A DNA stretch of 64,000 bases from Cyanophyceae cyanobacterium (GCA_050331735.1 JBHJGN010000011.1:128001-192000), one strand, 5' to 3'; counted from the first letter of the stretch, positions 51,401 through 61,333 are shown. Notes: a model not told the origin generated them from the letters alone. A program made the numbers and translations.

Positions 51401-51423
51401 GCTCAAAATATCGAATTTGATCG

Positions 51424-51747
51424 TCAAGAAGCAAGGGCAACTTCAACGGTCTGCTGAAGTTCGCCGCTTTGATACAGCTCAATCATAATATCTGAACCGC
51501 CGAGAAACTCCCCATTCACATATACCTGAGGGATAGTCGGCCAGCTAGAGTATTCTTTAATTCCCTGACGAATTTCGCTATCTTCTAGTACATCAACGGT
51601 TTCGTAGGGAACGCCGAGCATGTTGAGAATCTGAACAACGTTGTTAGAAAATCCACACATGGGCATGAGTTTTGACCCCTTCATAAAGACGACAATCTTG
51701 TGGCTGTTCACTAGGTTGTCGAGACGATCTTTTAGTTGTGGTGTCAT
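51424..51747 (-). CDS. grxD: Monothiol glutaredoxin (Grx4, CGFS type)
   Basis: [27 protein letters not shown]. Confidence 0.96.
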   Translation of the reverse strand: MTPQLKDRLDNLVNSHKIVVFMKGSKLMPMCGFSNNVVQILNMLGVPYETVDVLEDSEIRQGIKEYSSWPTIPQVYVNGEFLGGSDIMIELYQSGELQQTVEVALAS

Positions 51748-51991
51748 AGTGATTTAAATTCCCAATTGTTTCTTAGCAGTTACCGTAGCCTAAGATGTTG
51801 CTTGTATCTATAGTATAGTTGACAATTTCCTGATGACTGAGAGCTTGGTCCTCCTGATTCGCTAAAAACTCTAAACTCACCGAAATACGCTATTGGGGCA
51901 TTTGGCTTGTGTTTTCAGCAGCGCCACCGTTGGTGAGAAGTGGCTGCTATCGCGGTTTTATCTTCTTTCGGTATTGTGAGCCCCTTGATTG

Positions 51992-52393
51992 CTACTGACT
52001 TTCAATGCCTAGCGACACTCTCTCTCCGCCAATTTGTCTCATTTCTGCTAGCAGTTGAATGACCCTTTCGTAGGGAACATCTGGTTCTGCCACCAGGATC
52101 ACCGCACCATCAGGATTCGTCGCCAAATAAGCCTGCATTTGCGCCTCAAGCTGTTGTCTATCAACAGACTGCTCTCCCAGGAGGATTTGTTCTGTATTAA
52201 GAGTGACGAGTAAAGGGGACGCTTCTTGAGGCGTCGCTTCGTCGGTAGGGAGAATAACGTCAAATCCGAGCGGAGCAGTGGCGAGCAGAGTCGACACTAA
52301 CACAAAAAAGGCCAGCACCGACATCATCACGTTTAACATCGGAATCAGGTCGATGGTTGGTACCGCTTGACGGCGATCGCTTTTAAAACGCAT
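51992..52393 (-). CDS. exbD: ExbD/TolR family biopolymer transport protein
   Basis: IDLIPMLNVMMSVLAFFV single TM; V.YERVIQLLAEMRQIG..RVSL. Confidence 0.9.
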   Translation of the reverse strand: MRFKSDRRQAVPTIDLIPMLNVMMSVLAFFVLVSTLLATAPLGFDVILPTDEATPQEASPLLVTLNTEQILLGEQSVDRQQLEAQMQAYLATNPDGAVILVAEPDVPYERVIQLLAEMRQIGGERVSLGIESQ

Positions 52394-52404
52394 AATTCCA
52401 CTGA

Positions 52405-52803
52405 TTATTCCTCAATGGCGAGAGAAACTCGCTCCCCACCGATCTCTGCCATCTTTTCTAACAGGGACAAAACGTCTTGATAAACCAGTTCTCGGTCAGC
52501 TTTAACAATTACAGTGCCTTCTGGATACTCAGACAAATAGGACTGCATTTGCTGCACTAATTCCTCCTCTCCAATTGTCTGACCAGCCATGAGAATTTCG
52601 CCCTCCTTGGTCAGGCCGACCGTGAAAGCGTCTACTTCCTGGTCGGCTCCTCCTCCCCCTTCTGGTAGCACAATGTCGCCGAGCCTTTGTCCCGTTAGCG
52701 TGATTGAAGTAATGATGAAGAACGTCAGTACCGACATAAGTACGTCCATCATCGGGATTAGATTGACTTCTGGAGATGAATCAAACTGTCTTTTAAAGCG
52801 CAC
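52405..52803 (-). CDS. exbD: ExbD/TolR family biopolymer transport protein
   Basis: EVNLIPMMDVLMSVLTFFII; VIVKADRELVYQDV. Confidence 0.92.
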   Translation of the reverse strand: MRFKRQFDSSPEVNLIPMMDVLMSVLTFFIITSITLTGQRLGDIVLPEGGGGADQEVDAFTVGLTKEGEILMAGQTIGEEELVQQMQSYLSEYPEGTVIVKADRELVYQDVLSLLEKMAEIGGERVSLAIEE

Positions 52804-52806
52804 GTT

Positions 52807-53493
52807 TTATCGGGTGATAGATTCGTCTGTATAACTTCCAGGGGGAGCTGCGGTCCGCTTCAGCGATGGTTCGTACCAAATCTCTCGGTAAATTAGCTCT
52901 AGTTCGCTTCCCACCTCCGAAAAGTAGTCCATCTGGCGGGTTTGCAAAGACACTAATGCTCTAAACACCAGCAAGGCAATAATGGCCACAATCATGCCAG
53001 CCGCTGTCGTAATTAACGCTTCCCCAATTCCGGCAGCGGCTCTAGAGGCTTCTTCTGCCGTTCCGCCGCCAATATTAAGGCTATTAAAAGTAGCAATCAA
53101 TCCCGTTACCGTTCCCAGCAACCCCAGCAGAGGAGCCACCGCCACAACCGTTTCTAAAAACTTGTCGCCTCGCCGCATCTGAATAAACTCCTTATCTCCA
53201 GCGGCTTCCATCGCCAGCCGAAAGGTCTCCGGCGTTGGCTGATTGAGCTTGAGAGGAGCCAGCAAAAACCGACCAATCGGCAGATAAGTAGCCTGAGCCG
53301 CTATCTCTGCGGCTTTGCGCAGGCTAGAACGCGCTGCCTCTAAAACGTCACGAACAATGCGGTCTTCCTGGCTCAGCAGCCGAAACCAAAACCAAACTCG
53401 TTCTAAAGCACAGGTAATGGTGAAAATTGATAAAACGAGTAGGGGCCACATGACAAGTCCCCCTTGTGAAAATAAGTCGTAGACGCGGGTCAT
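52807..53493 (-). CDS. exbB: MotA/TolQ/ExbB proton channel family protein
   Basis: GGLVMWPL, APLLGLLGTVTGLI, GIGEALITTAAG. Confidence 0.93.
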   Translation of the reverse strand: MTRVYDLFSQGGLVMWPLLVLSIFTITCALERVWFWFRLLSQEDRIVRDVLEAARSSLRKAAEIAAQATYLPIGRFLLAPLKLNQPTPETFRLAMEAAGDKEFIQMRRGDKFLETVVAVAPLLGLLGTVTGLIATFNSLNIGGGTAEEASRAAAGIGEALITTAAGMIVAIIALLVFRALVSLQTRQMDYFSEVGSELELIYREIWYEPSLKRTAAPPGSYTDESITR

Positions 53494-53738
53494 GGCTGCT
53501 CAGGTCACATAATTAGGTCACAATATTTACCCCAACCATATCTGAATCATCTACTTTTTGAGTTAAGTAAACGTTAAGAGCGTCGGGCGATCACCCTCAA
53601 AAAAATCGTGCGCTTAGTATCACGGGTTTAAATTTTGACTCACTTCCCATCCCCCCCCTCAAAACTAGAGGCGATATCTGCTAACCTATAAACCATTTAG
53701 CATTAGCGGCGAAATTCACTGGGGGTGTTGAAAGTTTA

Positions 53739-55394
53739 ATGATGAGTATTCGGCTATCTTCTAAGCGTCTGCGTCAGCTCGGTCAGTTTGTGAGCTTATT
53801 CTGTTTATGTTTTACTCTGGTCGTGGGCTGTTCCAATAATCAGTCTACTGAGCCTTCAGCGCCATCAGGGGAGCAAAGCGATCGCATTACCCTGGGGACG
53901 ACTCTCAAGCCTCGCACCCTCGATCCAGCCGATACCTACGAGCTAGCCGGCATTAACGTAATCTATAACGTAGGAGAAACGCTTTACACCTACGAACTCG
54001 GGACTACAGAGCTGAAGCCTCAGCTTGCTATCGAACTCCCCCAGGTGAGCGCAAATGGCATGACCTATACCATCCCCCTTAGAGAGGGAGTCACCTTCCA
54101 CGACGGAACGCCCTTCAACGCTGAAGCAATGGCGTTCTCTCTCAACCGCTTTATCGAGAACGGCGGTAAACCCTCCTTCCTGCTGTCTGATACGGTAGAG
54201 TCGGTGACCGCCACCGGAGAGTACGAGCTGACGATTACGTTGAAGAAACCGTTTGCCGCGTTTCCGTCTCTGCTGGCTTTCCCCGGAACAGTGGCGGTGT
54301 CTCCCCAGGCTTATGAAATTGGCGCAGGTAGTTTTAATCCAAATCAGTTGGTGAGCACCGGACCCTACCAGCTCGCTCAGTTCAGCAGCGACTCGATCCG
54401 CCTAGACGTATTTGACCAGTATTGGGGAGAGCAGCCGGAAAACGCGGGCGTTGATATGCAGATCTATGACGGAAACTCGGCGAACCTCTACAATAGCTTT
54501 CGCACTGGAGCGATAGATGTGGCCTATCAATCCCTCGACCCCGAACAGATTAAAAGCCTCATTGAAGGAGCTGAACAGGACCAGTGGCAGATGGTAGAGG
54601 GGTCTGGAACCGCTGTTAACTTTTTGGTGCTCAACCGCAACCAGAAGCCCCTCGACCAGCCGGAAGTGCGGCAGGCGATCGCCGCAATGATGGATCGCTC
54701 GCTGCTCAACGAACGGGTGCTACAGGGGCAAGGAGAGCCAGTCTACAGCCTCATTCCCACTGCTTTTGATGTGTATCAGCCTGCCTTTCAAGAAGCCTAT
54801 GGCGATGCCAATATTGAACAAGCCAAAGAGCTGCTAGCCGAGGCAGGATACACCCCAGAAAATCCGGCAGTAATTGAGCTATGGCATTCCTCCGGTTCCG
54901 CAACGCGGGGTATTACCGCCGCCACCCTGAAAGCCTTAGCTGAAAAGGAGCTCGATGGAGCGATTCAGTTTGAGCCAAGAGCGGTTGAGTTTGCCACCGC
55001 CTCGAAGAATCTTAAGGAAGGTATCTATCCGACGTTCCTAGCCGACTGGTATCCCGACTTTTTAGATGCCGATAACTACGTTCAGCCCTTTCTAGACTGC
55101 GCGGAAGGGTCGCAAGCGCAAGGATGCCAGTCTGGGGGAGCGCAGGCGCAAGGATCGTTTTACTATAGCGATCGCATCAACGAACTCATTGACCAGCAGC
55201 GTCAGGAACAAGATCCCGCCGCTCGCCAGGAAATTTTTGCCGAGATTCAGCAGATTCTCGCTGAAGATGTTCCCTACATTCCTATTTTGCAGAGTAAAGA
55301 CTATGCTTTTGCTCAAAATAACGTTGAAGGAGTAACAATTAATCCTAGCCAGAGCTTTCCGTTCTGGACAATTGAGCGCAGTGAATCAGAGTAA
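53739..55394 (+). CDS. ABC transporter substrate-binding lipoprotein, family 5 (peptide/nickel)
   Basis: Lipobox LVVGC, RTLDPAD, LREGVTFHDGTPFNAEA, STGPYQL, WYPDFLDADNY. Confidence 0.93.
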   Translation: MMSIRLSSKRLRQLGQFVSLFCLCFTLVVGCSNNQSTEPSAPSGEQSDRITLGTTLKPRTLDPADTYELAGINVIYNVGETLYTYELGTTELKPQLAIELPQVSANGMTYTIPLREGVTFHDGTPFNAEAMAFSLNRFIENGGKPSFLLSDTVESVTATGEYELTITLKKPFAAFPSLLAFPGTVAVSPQAYEIGAGSFNPNQLVSTGPYQLAQFSSDSIRLDVFDQYWGEQPENAGVDMQIYDGNSANLYNSFRTGAIDVAYQSLDPEQIKSLIEGAEQDQWQMVEGSGTAVNFLVLNRNQKPLDQPEVRQAIAAMMDRSLLNERVLQGQGEPVYSLIPTAFDVYQPAFQEAYGDANIEQAKELLAEAGYTPENPAVIELWHSSGSATRGITAATLKALAEKELDGAIQFEPRAVEFATASKNLKEGIYPTFLADWYPDFLDADNYVQPFLDCAEGSQAQGCQSGGAQAQGSFYYSDRINELIDQQRQEQDPAARQEIFAEIQQILAEDVPYIPILQSKDYAFAQNNVEGVTINPSQSFPFWTIERSESE

Positions 55395-55409
55395 CCTACG
55401 AGGTGAAAG

Positions 55410-55958
55410 ATGACTTTTTTAGGAATCCAAGACTTAAAAAGGCTCCAGGATGAGCACCCCGAATATCGCATGGAACTGGTTGATGGGGCAGTTATTATTA
55501 TGAGTCCTAGCGGATACGAGTCAGACGAGGTAGCCTTAGAATTTGCTCGTCTACTTGCTAACTGGGTACGACCGAGGCGACTGGGCAGAGTTACTGGCTC
55601 GTCAGCGGGTTTTATCTTGCCAAATACGGATCTGCGTGCTCCCGATGTTTCTTTTGTCAGAGCAGAACGACTGCGACGCACGACGAGGAGTTATGCTGAA
55701 CTTGTTCCTGATCTGATGGTGGAAGTCCAATCTCCTTCGGACTCTACTAAGAAGCTCCGCGACAAGATTCAGGAGTTTCTCAGTTTGGGAGCTAAAGTCG
55801 GCATTCTAGTAGACCCCATCGCGCAAACGATAGAGATTTACCGTCTAGGAGAGAGTAAGATTCTAAACAACGAAGAGACGCTAACTATTCCTGACCTTCT
55901 CCCCGGCTTTGCCGTGGCGATTTCCGAGCTATGGTCGCCCGTATTTGAGGAAGAGTAG
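55410..55958 (+). CDS. Uma2 (DUF820) family putative endonuclease
   Basis: RMELVDGAVIIMSP, SSAGFILPN.DLRAPDVSFV, VPDLMVEVQSPSD, LLPGF. Confidence 0.92.
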   Translation: MTFLGIQDLKRLQDEHPEYRMELVDGAVIIMSPSGYESDEVALEFARLLANWVRPRRLGRVTGSSAGFILPNTDLRAPDVSFVRAERLRRTTRSYAELVPDLMVEVQSPSDSTKKLRDKIQEFLSLGAKVGILVDPIAQTIEIYRLGESKILNNEETLTIPDLLPGFAVAISELWSPVFEEE

Positions 55959-55964
55959 ATGCAA

Positions 55965-56474
55965 TCAGCCTAAGCCGAATAGAGATTGAATAGCGGGAAG
56001 AAGCTGACTACAGGCTTCTACAAATTTGGTGGCAGTTGGTAACTCTTGCGCCAAGCCTCGGAAAAAACGGACTACCCCTTTCGCTTGCTGTTGCTTTTCC
56101 GGTTCGGGCTTTTGTTCTGCTTCGGCTAAGATCTTTACCTGAGCTAAAGCTTGCTTTTTATCGTCCTCAGAGAGATTATTTTCTGCTTCAATAGCAGCTT
56201 TCAACTCGGTGAGTAGTTCTTTGATTCCCGGTTCATCGGATTTAGACGATGGAAGTTGATTGATGGTGTTGGCAACCGTGCTCCTCTTCTTGGCAATCAG
56301 CCTATTTACTGCCTCTCCAATCTCCTCAACCGTGGCGCTCTCGTCGAAGAGAGGTTTCCAGTCGAGGCGATTGTAATACTCAGCAAAAGCTTCATCCCCA
56401 ACCTTTTCGCCACGATGATCGAGAAACAACTGTCGGAGTTCTTCTGTTGACATTTCAGTAAATGATTTAGACAT
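55965..56474 (-). CDS. DUF6887-like protein fused to an unrelated helical C-terminal domain
   Basis: MSKSFTEMSTEELRQLFLDHR..AF.EY.. (DUF6887-like), then TVANTINQLPSS..PGIKELL..L..AI...LSEDDK.QAL.QVK.LAEA. Confidence 0.7.
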   Translation of the reverse strand: MSKSFTEMSTEELRQLFLDHRGEKVGDEAFAEYYNRLDWKPLFDESATVEEIGEAVNRLIAKKRSTVANTINQLPSSKSDEPGIKELLTELKAAIEAENNLSEDDKKQALAQVKILAEAEQKPEPEKQQQAKGVVRFFRGLAQELPTATKFVEACSQLLPAIQSLFGLG

Positions 56475-56646
56475 TTCTCGCTTTCCCCTGTTGGTTAATA
56501 ACAATCTTGAACTCGTTGCCGCCTGCTGCTTCTAGATACAATAACTTGCTACTTGCATCGTAATAGAAAACCGTTATTGGCAGTCCTACGCCCGTCAAAA
56601 ACTGGCACAGTATCGCCGCCTTAATCGCCTGCTCTGCTGTTGGCAT
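56467..56646 (-). CDS. DUF6888-like small protein
   Basis: MPTAEQA..A..LCQFLT...LPITVF.YD.....LY.EAAG......I.IN..G; strong GAGGAGG RBS; overlaps the DUF6887-like start by 8 nt. Confidence 0.75.
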   Translation of the reverse strand: MPTAEQAIKAAILCQFLTGVGLPITVFYYDASSKLLYLEAAGGNEFKIVINQQGKARNV

Positions 56647-56972
56647 AATCCCTCCTCTCTCCATATTGACTGCAATCGCTCTTTCTTCAAATTGACCAGC
56701 CACAACGAGTCTTCAGTAGATCGATCAAGATGGTTAATAAGCGAACTCCAAAGCTTCTGATACTCTTCCTTGTCCAAAATCAGGATTGAGTACTCAAATA
56801 CTGCTCATTTTTTCTGAACAGCCTCGTTCCCCTGCTCTTTCTCCTCAAGCTGCCTGAAAGAGCGAGCGTCGTTCATCAACTCTTTGGCGAAGCAGGCTTT
56901 CCGCCCCGCTAGCAAACAAATTCAGGCTCTCCGTTCTGACATTTTCAAATGTATAACTACTGTTCGCATATT

Positions 56973-57299
56973 TTAAGCCGATAAATAAATTCCTTGACGG
57001 TTTTTAGCCAAAGCTATGGCTTCTTCTAGTAAATTTGTAAGTTCTCCAGCAATCTCTTGAGGTGCAGTGCCAGCTAAGCCAGTCTGAATTAGCCTTTGTG
57101 CTTGACTAAAATCACCACAGTCTATTGCTAAAGCCGCTGCACTGCGATGTAAAACGGAACGAGTTGGTTCAGCGGTTAAATTATCAGCTACTAGTGCAGC
57201 CGCCTGCGCTTCTTTTTCAAAAGCTTGCCCATTTAATTGTTTGGCTTTATTAAGCTTACCCCCGACGATATTGCCAACTACCGTTAGAGACAGAAGCAA
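56973..57299 (-). pseudogene. Probably 5'-truncated conserved hypothetical helical protein
   Basis: AFEKEAQAA....EPTRSVLHRSAAALAIDCG..A.RLI..GLAG..P.EIA.EL..LLE looks like a real domain, but the N-terminal residues look non-homologous and the start is TTG. Confidence 0.5.
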
Positions 57300-57663
57300 C
57301 AGACAAGTTCGTTAGTTTGAATTTGTTGAGATAGCGATAGCAACTCCTCTTCGCATTGCCGGTGAGTAGTCGCGAACAACCAGAACTGAGAGTAGGCGAT
57401 CGCTCAGGTAGTCAGTTAACCGTTCAGCAAAGTCGCCTATTATTCGCCTCGTTATCGGCATAGAGAATGCTCTGTCTAGGCTAGCTGCGCTTCTCGTTGA
57501 GTAAAGTGTGCCACAGGACTAATCGGTTCATGACGAGTGATAGCTCTATCGGTTTTAATAGATTAAACAAGCCAGCAATGCGACTTGAAATGAGCAAGCG
57601 ATGGCCAAAGACAAGCATCTCAATGAGAACAGCCGAGACTAGCAGAGGAGCGTCAGTCTAGCG

Positions 57664-58626
57664 ATGACAAAACTGATTATTCAAATTCCTTGCTACAACG
57701 AAGAAGCCACTTTGGGGTTGACTCTCTCCCAACTTCCGCGTCATGTGCCAGGAGTTGACAGGGTCGAGTGGCTTATCGTCAACGACGGCAGTATCGACCG
57801 CACAGTGGAGGTTGCCAAAAGCTGTGGAGTCGACCACATTGTTGATCTCAGGCACAATCAGGGTTTAGCGAGAGGATTTATGGCCGGCATTGAGGCTGCC
57901 CTCAAAGCCGGAGCCGATATTATTGTCAATACTGATGCTGATAATCAGTACTCGGCTGAAGATATTCCTAAGCTGATCGAGCCAATCCTTAGAGGCGAGG
58001 CAGAAATGGTGATTGGCTCTCGACCGATTCAGCAGATCGAACACTTTTCCCCGGCCAAGAAATTTTTACAAAAGCTCGGCAGTTGGGTGGTGCGGGTTGC
58101 TAGCAATACCAATATTCCTGATGCCCCGAGCGGCTTTCGCGCCATCAGTCGAGATGCAGCCATTCAGCTCAACGTCTTTAGCGAGTATACCTACACATTA
58201 GAAACGATTATTCAGGCAGGACGAAAGGGCATGGCGATCACGTCTGTCCCGATTAGAACCAACGAATTTTTGCGCCCTTCTCGGTTGGTCAAGAGTATTA
58301 CCTCTTACATCCAGCGCTCGATCCTAACGATTATTCGGATCTTCATGACCTACAAACCGCTCCGTTTTTTTACCTTGCTGGGGAGCGTACCGTTTCTGAT
58401 GGGTTTTATGCTCTGCTTGCGCTGGCTCTTTTACTTCTTTATTGAAGGACCAGAAAGAAGCCGGGTTCCAAGTTTGATTGCGGCGGCTATTTTAATTCTG
58501 ATTGGCTTTCAGCTTTTCCTGTTTGGCCTAATTGCTGATTTGCTTTCGGTAAATCGTAAAATGCTTGAGGATATTCAGCTCAGACTGCGCAAGTTAGAAG
58601 TAGAGAGGCGAAACCAAAAAGTATGA
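57664..58626 (+). CDS. Glycosyltransferase family 2 (polyprenol-phosphate glycosyltransferase-like)
   Basis: IQIPCYNEE, VNDGSIDRT, NTDADNQY (DxD), DAPSGFRA and two C-terminal TM helices. Confidence 0.92.
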   Translation: MTKLIIQIPCYNEEATLGLTLSQLPRHVPGVDRVEWLIVNDGSIDRTVEVAKSCGVDHIVDLRHNQGLARGFMAGIEAALKAGADIIVNTDADNQYSAEDIPKLIEPILRGEAEMVIGSRPIQQIEHFSPAKKFLQKLGSWVVRVASNTNIPDAPSGFRAISRDAAIQLNVFSEYTYTLETIIQAGRKGMAITSVPIRTNEFLRPSRLVKSITSYIQRSILTIIRIFMTYKPLRFFTLLGSVPFLMGFMLCLRWLFYFFIEGPERSRVPSLIAAAILILIGFQLFLFGLIADLLSVNRKMLEDIQLRLRKLEVERRNQKV

Positions 58627-58650
58627 CTCGATGGGAGTCAAGTAGATTCC

Positions 58651-60246
58651 ATGAATAGAGACTTATTTGCTCAAGAGGCTATTTCCCAAATTCCCAAACT
58701 GCTCACCCTCGTCGACCGTAACCGCCATAGCCCCACCTACGGCTGCTTCGATCGCAACTTCTGGCAGTACAAAATTATCGATTTTCCGAGCGGCATGGCG
58801 CAGGAGTTTGTGTTGCCCTTGGCGCTAGCCTACAGCACCGATATTCCCAATAATCCTTTCTATCGCCAACAGACGATCCGAGATTGGGTGGAAGCAGGCA
58901 TCCTCTACGCCGAGCGTAGTGCTCACTCCGACGGTTCCTGCGACGATTACTTTCCCTTTGAGAGAGCCGGAGGCGCTGCCGCTTTTTCTCTTCTAGCCTG
59001 CATCGACAGCTACACGCACCTCGGCTTAGACAACCCCCAAGCGCTGCGTTTTTTTGAGCGACGGGCAGACTGGCTGGCTCACCACCAAGAGAGCGGACGG
59101 TTAACCAACCATCAGGCGCTAATCGTGCTTTGCCTAGAGCGGCTGTCGCGGCTGCTAAAAACGAATAAGTGGGACCGCAGCAAGTACGAACGTCTTCAGC
59201 AAGTGCTATCTTGGCAGAACCCGGAAGGCTGGTTTCAGGAGTATGAGGGCTGCGATCCCGGCTATCATACGCTGACGATTTCCTGTTTAGCCCGCATCTA
59301 TGAGCTGATGCCGAGTCCCGAACTTCGGGAGGCGATCGCTCGGGCGGTCAATTTAGCGGCCCAATTTGTCCATCCAGATGGCTCCTACGGCGGAGAATAT
59401 ACCAGCCGCAACACCTACAACTTCTTTCCCCACGGCTTTGAATTGGTCGGTCGGTGGATGCCGGAGGCGCTCAGCATTAACGATCAGTTTCTTTCCGGGT
59501 TAGCTAACGGTTTAGCCCCCTGCTATGCTGACGATCACATTATTGGGCATCACACCTGGAACTACCTGCTGGCATGGCGAGATTTTGTCCCCAAAAGACC
59601 GTCTCCTCAGCCGCGTCCCACTGGTCGCGTCTGGCTTCAAGAAGGTGGTATTCTCATCGACCGTCGCCAGGATACAGAACTCTACCTCGCTCTTAATAAA
59701 GGAGGAGTTTTTAAGCTCTTTCAGCAGGGTCAACTGGTCGTCTCAGATACTCAGTTTTCCCTTCTCGTTCAGCAAGGAAACACAGTCAAAAATGCGGTGG
59801 GTCATTTAGTCTGTCAGTATTCAGTACAGGTCGAGCCAGAGACAATTTTGATTCAGGGTCAGTTGGGATGGGCGAAACAAAAACAAATGACGACCTTTAA
59901 TCTCATTGTTCTTCGGTTCGTGATGTTTACCGTTGGTCGCTTTTTTCCTAACCTGATTAGAAAACTCCTGCAAAAGGTTCTGATCACAGGCAAGAAAAGC
60001 GCCCCCTTTAGTTTCGTACGACGGCTACGCTGGGAAGACGGCTGGACAGTCACCGATGAACTAGCGGCTCAGTCTTGGGAAAATGTTGTAGCTGCTGGTA
60101 TTGGCTGCGATCAAACGTCTATTTACGTAGTCATGAGCCGCACATTTCAACGCGGTCAATTACTGCCTTGGCTCAACTTGACCGACAAAATCAAACAGCT
60201 TCCCCCTAGTCAGGTTTTCCAGCTAGAGCGACACTTTCCGTGTTAA
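58651..60246 (+). CDS. Uncharacterised 531-aa protein, putative (alpha/alpha)-toroid domain
   Basis: Long intact ORF inside the operon; repeated H/Q-x-x-[DE]-G-[SW] motifs (HSDGS, QNPEGWFQEY, HPDGSYGG). Confidence 0.8.
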   Translation: MNRDLFAQEAISQIPKLLTLVDRNRHSPTYGCFDRNFWQYKIIDFPSGMAQEFVLPLALAYSTDIPNNPFYRQQTIRDWVEAGILYAERSAHSDGSCDDYFPFERAGGAAAFSLLACIDSYTHLGLDNPQALRFFERRADWLAHHQESGRLTNHQALIVLCLERLSRLLKTNKWDRSKYERLQQVLSWQNPEGWFQEYEGCDPGYHTLTISCLARIYELMPSPELREAIARAVNLAAQFVHPDGSYGGEYTSRNTYNFFPHGFELVGRWMPEALSINDQFLSGLANGLAPCYADDHIIGHHTWNYLLAWRDFVPKRPSPQPRPTGRVWLQEGGILIDRRQDTELYLALNKGGVFKLFQQGQLVVSDTQFSLLVQQGNTVKNAVGHLVCQYSVQVEPETILIQGQLGWAKQKQMTTFNLIVLRFVMFTVGRFFPNLIRKLLQKVLITGKKSAPFSFVRRLRWEDGWTVTDELAAQSWENVVAAGIGCDQTSIYVVMSRTFQRGQLLPWLNLTDKIKQLPPSQVFQLERHFPC

Positions 60247-60385
60247 CCAAACTGCACCTACCTCATTAGAGCTATTTAGGTTCCCATAGACGATTGTGGG
60301 AGTAGTAAGGAGACAATCAACAATCAACCGATAACGAGAATGTAAGACCGGACCTTATTGAAGTCAAACCTACTCAGAATATCGA

Positions 60386-61333
60386 ATGAAACGTTTTATT
60401 TCGATTGCCGTCAGCGTTACCATTTTGCTGATCATCTATTCAAAAATTGATTTTGCGGGCTTGCTAGAGGTCTTCCGCACCTGTAATGGCTGGTGGATGG
60501 CGGTCAGCTTAGGCATGGTGATTCCCATTACCCTATTTACCTCCTGGCGACTTCAGCAACTCATGCCAGCAGGAACAGGCTTGGGCTTTATAGAAGCTAA
60601 TCGCTTAATTTTAGGAGCGAGTGTGCTCAATATGGTGCTTCCATCAAAGATGGGCGATATTGCTAAAGCCTACTTTATGAAAGAGCGGGGGCATCTGAGT
60701 GGTTCTTTGTCGCTGTCATTGGCGGTATTTGAGAAGGCGAGCGATATGCTTTCTTTGCTGCTGTGGTGCGCCTTTGGCTTATTGGTATATGCGCAGAAAG
60801 ACGAGCTATTTTGGCTGATGACTGCCGCCGTCGCTATCGGGTTAATTTTAGGGATTCTGTTACTGGGCTCTCGTCGGTTTGCCCAAGGATTTTTTATCCT
60901 TGCTTTTAAAATTGCCCCCAAAAAGCTCAACAAGAAATTCAGGAGTCTGCAAAATTCTTGGGAGGAAATGCAGAATTATTTTTGGCGGGAGCGTCAGCAG
61001 TTATTGATTATTGTTGCCACTTCTATTTTCATTTGGTTTCTGCACCTGCTGCAAATTTGGCTATTTATTCTCGCGCTCAATGCCTGGGCACCGTTTGTCG
61101 CTAATCTAGCCCTTTCTCCTCTAGCCATTCTCGCCGGATTGCTTCCTCTCACTTTTGCTGGCGTCGGCACTCGTGATGCAGCTTTAATCTTTTTCTACCA
61201 GCCCTATTTTGATGCAGCAACGGGAGCCGCTTTAGGCCTACTGTGTACGTCACGCTACTTTTTGCCAGCCGTGATTGGCTTACCGTTTTTAGGCCAAATG
61301 ATGGCAGCAGTCAAGAAAGTCCGCCAGAGTTGA
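60386..61333 (+). CDS. Lysylphosphatidylglycerol synthase TM-domain (flippase-like) protein
   Basis: Multiple TM helices; NMVLPSKMGDIAK, FEKASD, LPLTFAGVGTRD. Confidence 0.88.
   Translation: MKRFISIAVSVTILLIIYSKIDFAGLLEVFRTCNGWWMAVSLGMVIPITLFTSWRLQQLMPAGTGLGFIEANRLILGASVLNMVLPSKMGDIAKAYFMKERGHLSGSLSLSLAVFEKASDMLSLLLWCAFGLLVYAQKDELFWLMTAAVAIGLILGILLLGSRRFAQGFFILAFKIAPKKLNKKFRSLQNSWEEMQNYFWRERQQLLIIVATSIFIWFLHLLQIWLFILALNAWAPFVANLALSPLAILAGLLPLTFAGVGTRDAALIFFYQPYFDAATGAALGLLCTSRYFLPAVIGLPFLGQMMAAVKKVRQS

Noticed and set aside
51748..51991. Expected bolA upstream of grxD
   Set aside because: No BolA-like frame found in this interval.
56595..56880. Interrupted frame ...VQKK*AVFEYSILILDKEEYQKLWSSLINHLDRSTEDSLW..., faintly Cas2/VapD-like
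   Set aside because: No N-terminal YDI-type motif, an internal stop, and no cas genes or array in the window. The resemblance is by eye only and would need an HHpred hit.
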